64,000 bases of DNA, from positions 20,499-84,498 of IMG/VR virus record IMGVR_UViG_3300013132_005564. One strand, written 5' to 3'. How positions within the stretch are numbered: the first letter of the stretch is position 1; each line of letters begins with the position of its first letter. This document shows, in pieces, positions 57,659 through 64,000 of this stretch. The stretch comes from a virus. The notes below the pieces were generated by a model, which searched no databases, was not told the origin of the DNA, and worked only from the letters and a program-made list of their open reading frames with translations. Made by a program: the position numbers and the translations under genes.

Positions 57659-59896
57659 TTGGACCCAAACGAAATACTCGCGAAGCTGGTCTCAGGCGAG
57701 CTCTTGGTCGTCGTCCAGCAGGAACCGACGAAGCCCGTCCCGACCAAACCCAAGCTCGTCCCCGAGGAGCAGGAGCTCGCCGACTCGCTCGTCGCCATCG
57801 CCAAGAAGTACGGCAAGTTCAACGAGGACGAGACCGGGATCTGGGCCGGCTACGAGACGGCCAAGAACAACGTCGTCGCGCACATCGGGGTCAAGTGCGC
57901 CAACTGCGCCCTGTACGAGGGCAACGGAGTGTGCAAGATCATCGCCCAGAAAGTCGAGGACGGCGGCAAGTGCAGGTTCGCCGTGATACCCGACGGGGTG
58001 GTCAACGGCGTCTACGACCCGGCCAAGACGCCCGTCGGTCCTGTCAGCTCTGGCATGCGGAAGATAAAGGTCAAGGAGGAATCGGCGGCCTCGTGTCCCA
58101 AGGCGACCAAGGACATAGCAACGAACCTGAAGAACAGGGCGAAGGCGATCAAGACTGCGACGTACGGGCCGCTGAACCCGAAGGAACCGAACGAGGCCTT
58201 TTACAAGAAGCTCGGCGCCGAGTGGGACGTCTCGGCGGACCAGGCGCGCAAGCAGAAGTGCGGCAACTGCTCAATGTTCATCGTCACGCCCGAGATGAAG
58301 TCGTGCATCGAGAAGGGCGTTACGGGCCCCAAGGGCAAGGACGAGTGGGAGGCGATCGACGGAGCAGGCCACCTCGGGTACTGCGAGGCCTTCGACTTCA
58401 AGTGCGCCTCGGAGAGGACCTGCAGGGCGTGGGTCACGGGCGGACCGATCACCAAGACGAAGTCGGTGAACGTCCGCCAGTCCGTGAAGGCGCTCGGGGC
58501 AACCATAGGCGGCAACACCGCGGTCACCGACGCCGCCGACATGATCGACCGGGACGGGGACGGAACGATATTCGACGGAACGCCAGACGAGCAACCAGTC
58601 AAGAGGAAGCCCGGCCGCGGCCAGCCATATCAAAGAATGGACAACTCCTTCCTCGAGAAGCGCAGGAGGAGGCACGTTGACCGGTCGCTCAGGGAGCAGG
58701 GCATCACCCCGACTCAGGGCAACCAAATACAGGAAATGGAAGATGGGTCGCTTCAGCTTTACGGACGCCCGGACGAGGAGAGGGAGGCGAGGGGACAGGC
58801 GAGGGCCGACTTCACCGTCGACGAGGACAGGAAGAGATTCGTGAACAACCAGCTCCGCAAGCGCGGGATCCAGGGCACGATGGGACCGTTCCGGGACGAC
58901 GAGGAGCGTCAGGCCAGGCGAGAGGCGAGGGACGAGTACAACCGTCGCATGAACGCGGGCAAGCCGAGACAGAAGCCGTCCATCGGGGAACCCGCCAAAC
59001 CGCCGGTGACGTATCCACCTGGATACGTTCCCGGAAAGCCTGCCGACAGGTACCCGGACCCCGGTGCGTACGTCCCGGGTAAACCAGTTGATCGTTACCC
59101 CCAGGCGCAGAAGCCGGGAGTTCGCTTCCCCACGGCCGACGACGCCAGGAAGGTGAACGAGCGAAAGTTCCCGCCCCCGAGGGGCTCGGCGAAACCAAGC
59201 ACCGGCGGCGTAGTGGACGACGGAAGGTACATCAACGACAACCCGCAGTTCTACGACTTCCAGACACCGGAGGACAGGCAAATCCTCGACCAGCGCAATG
59301 ACAAGAAGCGCCAGGCCGCGCACGACGCCGCCAAGGAGCGTTACGCCGCATCGGACAGGGAGAGGACTTCAAGTCGTCCCGCCCCGGCTAGGAAGCCAGA
59401 CCCGAGTTTCCAACCAGGCGCAATACCAACCGGCTCTCGGCAGGCAAATGATGCGGGCTTCAAACCTGGCGCAATACCGGGCGGATCTCGTCAAGTAAGA
59501 GATGCGGGGAGGGAACCGCGCAATCTAAAGGAACGCTTGGTCACCAACGTCTTCAAGGACGACGACGAGGATCGGGGACGAACGAGTGATCCATACCTGA
59601 GGAATCCATCGAATCGGCCTACGGCGGAAATGCCCGTTTATCGTAACACGAGGCCTACGGCGAAAATGCCCGTTTACGAGCCCCCGAAACAAACCGGTGG
59701 AGGGAGATTCAAGGATCGGGACGACCGACGACCGAGACCGGCGACCGTAAATCCTCGCGAAATTCCGGGCCGCGACGTGCAAAAGAATCCTCCGTCTCGT
59801 ACAAAACCGATAACCAGGACGCCGAATCCGAACCGCCCGAATCCCGACTCCGACCGAGATCAACGACCGCGTACCGGAAGAAATTTCGGCTCGTAG
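57659..59896 (+). CDS. Head-associated protein: two Cys-rich domains, KALGATIGG/DRDGDG motif, P/R-rich low-complexity tail
   Basis: CANCALY...CKII...KCRF (HiPIP-like spacing) and CPKATKDIATNLKNR...YGPLNP...CGNC...YCEAFDFKC...TCRAW; shared motif at 58487-58594; TTG start uncertain. Confidence 0.75.
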   Translation: MDPNEILAKLVSGELLVVVQQEPTKPVPTKPKLVPEEQELADSLVAIAKKYGKFNEDETGIWAGYETAKNNVVAHIGVKCANCALYEGNGVCKIIAQKVEDGGKCRFAVIPDGVVNGVYDPAKTPVGPVSSGMRKIKVKEESAASCPKATKDIATNLKNRAKAIKTATYGPLNPKEPNEAFYKKLGAEWDVSADQARKQKCGNCSMFIVTPEMKSCIEKGVTGPKGKDEWEAIDGAGHLGYCEAFDFKCASERTCRAWVTGGPITKTKSVNVRQSVKALGATIGGNTAVTDAADMIDRDGDGTIFDGTPDEQPVKRKPGRGQPYQRMDNSFLEKRRRRHVDRSLREQGITPTQGNQIQEMEDGSLQLYGRPDEEREARGQARADFTVDEDRKRFVNNQLRKRGIQGTMGPFRDDEERQARREARDEYNRRMNAGKPRQKPSIGEPAKPPVTYPPGYVPGKPADRYPDPGAYVPGKPVDRYPQAQKPGVRFPTADDARKVNERKFPPPRGSAKPSTGGVVDDGRYINDNPQFYDFQTPEDRQILDQRNDKKRQAAHDAAKERYAASDRERTSSRPAPARKPDPSFQPGAIPTGSRQANDAGFKPGAIPGGSRQVRDAGREPRNLKERLVTNVFKDDDEDRGRTSDPYLRNPSNRPTAEMPVYRNTRPTAKMPVYEPPKQTGGGRFKDRDDRRPRPATVNPREIPGRDVQKNPPSRTKPITRTPNPNRPNPDSDRDQRPRTGRNFGS

Positions 59897-59906
59897 GAGG
59901 TAACTG

Positions 59907-60308
59907 ATGCAAAGGTTCTGGTACGGAGCGAAGGTCCTCAACGTGGTCGACGGAGACACCGTGGACCTCATGATCGACCTCGGGTTCAACGTTCACCACA
60001 AGATCAGGGTCCGTCTCTTCGGGGTCAACGCCCCCGAGTCAAGAACCAAGGACGCCTCCGAGAAGGAGATGGGCCTGAAGGCCAAGTCGTTCACCAAGGA
60101 CTGGCTCGACAGGCACCAGTGGGTGTTCGTGAACACCATCCCGGACAAGAACGACAAGTACGGGAGGATCCTCGCGAGGGTCTATTCCTCGGACAAGGTT
60201 GACGACCCGACGACGGCGTGCCTCAACGTCGACATCGTGCAGGCGGGGTTCGCCAGGGAGTACTATGGCGTCGGCGACAAGACCTGGGCGGAGTACAAGC
60301 ACAAGTGA
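59907..60308 (+). CDS. Thermonuclease (staphylococcal nuclease) family protein
   Basis: AGGAGG RBS; VVDGDTVD..IDLGF....IRVRLFGVNAPE, DKYGRILA. Confidence 0.92.
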   Translation: MQRFWYGAKVLNVVDGDTVDLMIDLGFNVHHKIRVRLFGVNAPESRTKDASEKEMGLKAKSFTKDWLDRHQWVFVNTIPDKNDKYGRILARVYSSDKVDDPTTACLNVDIVQAGFAREYYGVGDKTWAEYKHK

Positions 60309-60511
60309 GAGACGCGGACAAGATCGACCTTGACGAGAGGTTCGAGGCCATGGAGAAGCGCATATCGGAGCTGGAGGCGCTCGTGGCGTCGCTCTCCCTA
60401 CCCAAGCAGAGGAGCGACAAACCCCTGCCGGAGATTCCGAAGTTCGACTGGAAGAACCACCTAGGCATCGCAACCGTCTACGACATCTACAGCGGCAAGG
60501 CCGACCTCTAG
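60305..60511 (+). CDS. Small hypothetical protein (coiled-coil)
   Basis: GTGA overlap at 60305, in frame with track ORF 60218-60511; converges with the - strand block. Confidence 0.55.
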   Translation: MRDADKIDLDERFEAMEKRISELEALVASLSLPKQRSDKPLPEIPKFDWKNHLGIATVYDIYSGKADL

Positions 60512-61125
60512 GCGGTCTCCCTCAGGGGGAGGAGGAAGCTCCCCGCCTCCCACATCAACCCGATCGAGGCGTATCCCATCACGTCCACGACGTTGTCCGT
60601 GATCGACTCGTTCTCCGGGTCGTCGGTCGCACCCCTCGCCACGAGGTTCTCGAGGCGCGCAACCTTGTCCTGGATCCTGACGATCAGACCGACCCTGCCG
60701 AACCTCCTGATGTTCTCGTGGCCGTAGTCCATCTGCTTCCTGACCAGCACCCCGTGCACGTGGTCGGCGACGCTGGTGCCAGACATCGTGGACTCCGGGC
60801 ACACCTGCGAACCGAACAGCCTCGCGTAGAAACCCACCTGTCTCCACGCCTCGGTCACAGCGGCGCCCGGCGCGGAGTCGCGCAACACGATGCCGTTCTC
60901 GTCAAACTGCAGGTCTATCAGGGAGTTCACGGACCTCCTGAGCATCCTGAGCATCCTGAGAGTTTCGTCCACCCCGTAATCGTCGATGTTCACCATCGGT
61001 CGGTAGTGATCTAGATAGAACGGCCTGCACACGTACTGCCCGCTCGCGTTGGGAAGGAACAGCAGGAGCGCGTCCATCGCGGCATCGTCCCACGTTGAGG
61101 CCTTCACCGGATCGAACCTATTCAA
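60508..61125 (-). CDS. DUF1599-like (nucleotide-modification-associated) protein
   Basis: RKQMDYGHENI..FG..GLIVRIQDKVARLENL...ESITDNVVDVMGYA; probable TTG start at 61125 overlapping the MTase end. Confidence 0.75.
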   Translation of the reverse strand: MNRFDPVKASTWDDAAMDALLLFLPNASGQYVCRPFYLDHYRPMVNIDDYGVDETLRMLRMLRRSVNSLIDLQFDENGIVLRDSAPGAAVTEAWRQVGFYARLFGSQVCPESTMSGTSVADHVHGVLVRKQMDYGHENIRRFGRVGLIVRIQDKVARLENLVARGATDDPENESITDNVVDVMGYASIGLMWEAGSFLLPLRETA

Positions 61126-62653
61126 GGACGGCCGCGTACTTCCTGGCGATCCACTCCGCAACGGGGGCGGCGACGCCGTTGCCGCACTGCTTGTACCTGT
61201 GCGTGTCGCTGACTTCCTTGCCCTCGTCGGTCCACCTCGTGTGGTCCCTGGGCCATCCCATCAGCGCCTCGCACTCCGATGGCATGAGCCTCCTCACGAC
61301 CATGTCCTGCACGACGCCGCTGGACTGCTTCGTCCCGGCGCGCAACGAGTGGTGAACCCCGCCGTCCACGAGCCTGTTGTTGTACTCGTCGTACGCGACG
61401 GCGCCGTCGGGCTCGATGACGAGGTTCTCGCCGCGTGACGACGGCACGCCGCCGTCACCGCCGGACCTGAGGGTCATGGCGAGACCGTCGTTGACGTCCG
61501 TGTGGGCCACGGCGTGGCCGGCGCCCCCGGTCCTGAGCGTCGGGAAGGCGATCTCGGACGGCTGGGCGTCGAGGCACTGGGTGTGGGAGAAACCGATCGC
61601 CTGCGCCACCATCGGGGTGTTCAGGCCGCCCGTGCCCATGAACGCCGTGAGCGTGTTCACCGTGTCCCCCTGCATCCTCACGCCGTCCTGCCGGTGCGGG
61701 TGGAAGACCATCGTATCCGGGAGCTCGTAGGCGATCAGGGTCTCGCTGCCGCCGCCGATGTCCCCGCCGGCCGCGCGGAGCGTTCCGATCCCGTCAACGT
61801 ACTTGGAGAAGCTCGACTGGGTGAACGCCTGAGTGCCAGACACGACGAGGTCGGTGGCGTCCTTGTGGTCGCGCGCCTTGATGGCGGATGCCGTCTGGTC
61901 GGAGGCGTAGTCGCCGAAACCGCGCATCCTGAACCCCTCCGGGTCCTGCTCGGTTTCTAGTCCGAAGTCGAGTTGCCCTTGTCCCAGTGCGGGTTCTTGT
62001 CCACGACCGCCTGCAGAGCCGCCTTCAGCCGGGGAGGAAGGGTCTTGTTTCTCCTGATGGCCCTTCTTAGAATGCCTGCGCAAGCCCTCGCCGACAGGTA
62101 GTATCGGGAAGGTACTTCGCTCTGCGGCGCCAGAATCGAAGAGAGAACACACGAAGACGCGCCTTCGTCGCTGGGGGATTCCGAAGTATTGCGCATCCAG
62201 CACTGCCCACTCGACAGCCACAGCCCCTGCGTCAGCCATTTCGTCGAGGACGACCCCGAAGTCAGCGCCCCCGTTGGAGTTGAGGGCTCCTGGGACGTTC
62301 TCCCATATTGCCAGTCTTGGAAAAGTTCCGTTTGTTGCATCGCGCATCTCCCTGATAATCCGCATCGCTTCGTGAAACAAACCGGACCGAGAACCGGTGA
62401 GACCGGCCCTCTTCCCGGCGACGGAGAGATCCTGGCATGGAGAGCCGAAGTTTATTGCGTCGACTGGCTCCAGCAACCTCCCGTTGACGTCCCTTACGTC
62501 GTAGTGCTTCGGAATGTCCGGCCAGTGCTTGCGGAGGATCCGCTGGCACTGCTCGTCCCATTCCGCCTGCCATCGGCAACGCCAGCCGGCGGCCTCAAAT
62601 CCGAGATCGAAGCCACCGACGCCGGCGAAAAGACTGCCGAAGGTCAGGGTCAG
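61118..62653 (-). CDS. DNA (cytosine-5) methyltransferase with repeated TRD-like segments; probable CTG start
   Basis: Translating upstream of 62476 in frame gives motif I SLFAGVGGFDLG. Also GSPCQDLS, ENVPG, QRRRRVF, RRLMPSECEALMGWP and YKQCGNGV. Confidence 0.92.
   Translation of the reverse strand: MTLTFGSLFAGVGGFDLGFEAAGWRCRWQAEWDEQCQRILRKHWPDIPKHYDVRDVNGRLLEPVDAINFGSPCQDLSVAGKRAGLTGSRSGLFHEAMRIIREMRDATNGTFPRLAIWENVPGALNSNGGADFGVVLDEMADAGAVAVEWAVLDAQYFGIPQRRRRVFVCSLFDSGAAERSTFPILPVGEGLRRHSKKGHQEKQDPSSPAEGGSAGGRGQEPALGQGQLDFGLETEQDPEGFRMRGFGDYASDQTASAIKARDHKDATDLVVSGTQAFTQSSFSKYVDGIGTLRAAGGDIGGGSETLIAYELPDTMVFHPHRQDGVRMQGDTVNTLTAFMGTGGLNTPMVAQAIGFSHTQCLDAQPSEIAFPTLRTGGAGHAVAHTDVNDGLAMTLRSGGDGGVPSSRGENLVIEPDGAVAYDEYNNRLVDGGVHHSLRAGTKQSSGVVQDMVVRRLMPSECEALMGWPRDHTRWTDEGKEVSDTHRYKQCGNGVAAPVAEWIARKYAAVLE
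61957..62340 (-). CDS. Nested alternative-frame ORF resembling the small (beta) subunit of EcoHK31I-type C5 methyltransferases
   Basis: LSSIL...VPSRYYLSARACAGILRRA.RR.K.LP..LK.AL, same strand but different frame within the MTase gene. Confidence 0.7.
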   Translation of the reverse strand: MQQTELFQDWQYGRTSQEPSTPTGALTSGSSSTKWLTQGLWLSSGQCWMRNTSESPSDEGASSCVLSSILAPQSEVPSRYYLSARACAGILRRAIRRNKTLPPRLKAALQAVVDKNPHWDKGNSTSD

Positions 62654-63138
62654 AAGGGCTCTTCCCCGTCAAACGCAGGCTGGTTCGAGCCACCGACCCG
62701 TGCGGGTTGCTTGGACTGCGACACGGCGGTGCCGCGAAGGTTGCCGCGACCCTGCTCCTTGCCGTTGCCTTCGCCCTGCGGGCGTTGCTTGCGGTCAAAC
62801 TTCTCGATGGAGCGGACCGAGATCCCGATCTCGTCGGCGAGCACGTGGATGGCCGAGCGCTTCTTGCCCGTCTCCTTGTCGTCCCAGCTCTCCTGCTCGA
62901 GGCGGCCGGTCACGGTGACGCGGACTCCCTTGGCCAGGACTCCGGCGCCGTCCTCGGCGAGGTTCCTCCAGGCGACGACGTTGAAGAAAGAGGTCTTCTC
63001 CTGCTTCTCGCCCTTGGCGTCGGTCCAGTAGTTGTTTACCGCGACGGAGAACTGCAGCTTGGCAGTCCCCGAATCGAAGTACCTCACCTCGGGGTCGGCC
63101 GTGAGGTTTCCGGTGATTGTTACAGGCGCTAGTGACAT
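62650..63138 (-). CDS. ssb: Single-stranded DNA-binding protein (actinobacterial type)
   Basis: GAGGAGG RBS; ITGNLTADPEVRY, SFFNVVAWRNLAE, KGVRVTVTGRLEQ, ADEIG, acidic tail EEPF. Confidence 0.95.
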   Translation of the reverse strand: MSLAPVTITGNLTADPEVRYFDSGTAKLQFSVAVNNYWTDAKGEKQEKTSFFNVVAWRNLAEDGAGVLAKGVRVTVTGRLEQESWDDKETGKKRSAIHVLADEIGISVRSIEKFDRKQRPQGEGNGKEQGRGNLRGTAVSQSKQPARVGGSNQPAFDGEEPF

Positions 63139-63177
63139 GTCAGTATCCTCCTCGTGTCGGTTGAATTCGCCACTCGC

Positions 63178-63206
63178 AGCATACCATGCCAGACAGTATC
63201 GGTCAA
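63178..63206 (-). promoter_or_regulatory. Sigma-A/70-type promoter for the ssb-MTase operon
   Basis: TTGACC - 17 nt - TATGCT with an extended -10 (TGg) on the - strand. Confidence 0.8.
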
Positions 63207-63218
63207 GGGCCAACCCCG

Positions 63219-63227
63219 TGGTAGCCT
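63219..63227 (+). promoter_or_regulatory. Extended -10 element (TGgTAGCCT), probable leaderless promoter
   Basis: TAGCCT at 63222-63227 followed by 7 nt and then ATG 63235; no RBS between them. Confidence 0.5.
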
Positions 63228-63234
63228 GAACGAC

Positions 63235-63513
63235 ATGACCGCAGGACCCATGACGCCCGAGAAGGCGCGACTGTACGTGATAGACCAGCTGCAGGACGCC
63301 ATGTTCGAGATGTCGTTTGATCCCGACGGGACCGACTCCGACCAGAAGGAGTTGTTCGATCGTTGCGGGGACATAGCCCGCGGGATAATGGAACTCACCC
63401 ACGCGGAGGTGACGGCGGTTGACGAGGACGGCAACGCCCACCTGAAGTTCGTGCTCGCGCACCTCAGCGACGGGAAGATACCGCCCAGGGACGGCAAAAA
63501 GATAGCCTCCTGA
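63235..63513 (+). CDS. Hypothetical protein
   Basis: In frame with track ORF 63154-63513; divergent from ssb. Confidence 0.65.
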   Translation: MTAGPMTPEKARLYVIDQLQDAMFEMSFDPDGTDSDQKELFDRCGDIARGIMELTHAEVTAVDEDGNAHLKFVLAHLSDGKIPPRDGKKIAS

Positions 63514-63524
63514 TTTCCCCCGCA

Positions 63525-63761
63525 GTGAAGGACGAGAACAGCCTTGATCCGGCTTTCGTCAAATCGGAATTGGACCAAGCGGAAAAGAAGATCAACAACA
63601 TCGTCTGCGAACATCACTGGTTCGCGTCGGAGTTCGGTCCGTATTCGCCACTACACCCCAACGGCGAAAAAGAAGACGAGTTTCTTCACGCCCTCGGAAT
63701 GGCTCACGATTGGCTGAGGCAGGCGATGGTGTACTACGACGAAATGCACGAAAACGAATAG
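63525..63761 (+). CDS. Hypothetical protein
   Basis: 78 aa, GTG start; stop abuts the 3' end of the tmRNA. Confidence 0.55.
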   Translation: MKDENSLDPAFVKSELDQAEKKINNIVCEHHWFASEFGPYSPLHPNGEKEDEFLHALGMAHDWLRQAMVYYDEMHENE

Positions 63762-64000
63762 TGGAGCTGGGGGGAATCGAACCCCCGTCCGAGCGGATGC
63801 CGAAGAGATTGCTACGACCGTTCCCGTTTCGAAGCTGACGCTGCGTCGCCGACGGGTCGGCTATCTAGTTACCTAGACCGCGTCTCGTCTTTCCAAGAGG
63901 TCATCGGTCTTTCCCAACGTCAGCGTGCTTTCCCGCTGTCATCCTCCGCTTCTGTTGCCGGGCTGCGGTGGATCGGCCCCGTGCGACCTTGCGGCTCACG
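63762..64000 (-). ncRNA. ssrA: tmRNA, 3' portion (5' end and tag ORF lie beyond the window)
   Basis: Reverse complement ends ...GGACGGGGGTTCGATTCCCCCCAGCTCCA(CTA), the tmRNA T-arm and Ala acceptor strand. It is preceded by ~200 nt with no adjacent anticodon or D arm. CCA is not fully encoded. Confidence 0.85.

Larger units (their letters stand above)
1..64000. mobile_element. Segment of a large tailed bacteriophage genome (head/virion module plus DNA-metabolism genes and tmRNA); host probably Actinobacteria
   Basis: HK97-type major capsid gene, phage-type SSB, C5-MTase, thermonuclease, DUF1599-like gene, dense co-oriented genes with ATGA/GTGA overlaps, and no recognisable bacterial housekeeping operons. 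No integrase seen, so prophage versus free phage cannot be decided. Confidence 0.9.

Noticed and set aside
612-59999. Many long antisense and off-frame ORFs (e.g. 8260-9924, 17836-20025, 23515-24861, 38685-39572, 58271-59323)
   Set aside because: Shadow frames of GC-rich coding DNA with no recognisable motifs, fully overlapping well-supported + strand genes.
63139-63462. N-terminal extension of SSB (track ORF 62650-63462)
   Set aside because: A strong RBS and a promoter lie inside the extension; SSB similarity begins at Met 63138.
63762-63800. tRNA-Ala gene
   Set aside because: Only the T-arm and acceptor strand are present, with no anticodon or D arm adjacent; fits tmRNA better.

Overview
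This window reads as about 60 kb of the head/virion module of a large, GC-rich tailed phage, followed by a short opposite-strand DNA-metabolism block. The host is probably an actinobacterium, judged from the SSB type, the promoter style and the GC content. The + strand carries an HK97-fold major capsid protein (56167-57513) and six very large ORFs (>2086, 1763, ~3764, 917, 1827 and 5330 aa) interspersed with small, often overlap-coupled genes. The - strand block has a DUF1599-like gene, a C5 DNA methyltransferase with a nested alternative-frame ORF, SSB and the 3' part of a tmRNA. The most striking unexplained structure is that the giant ORFs are built like polyproteins. About 35 copies of a short motif (consensus D/G-x-x-A-G-M-small residue, variant A-A-M) sit at the boundaries of recognisable effector-like domains: DEDDh exonuclease, WYL-like, ART-like, OGFr-like, HTH arrays, SLOG-like, HExxH zincins, KTSC, GNAT, Clp N-domain, Nudix and Zeta toxin. 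Six proteins share a K-[AS]LG.TIG...D.D.D....EG/DG.P...(GRG..DPTPG) motif, usually near the N-terminus. Four giant genes are followed by a small overlapping, immunity-like gene. Some modules are flanked by near-identical DNA repeats at the linker and have lower GC. My inference is a capsid-loaded, protease-processed, cassette-shuffled effector polyprotein system. All domain calls are from motif recognition by eye; no searches were run.
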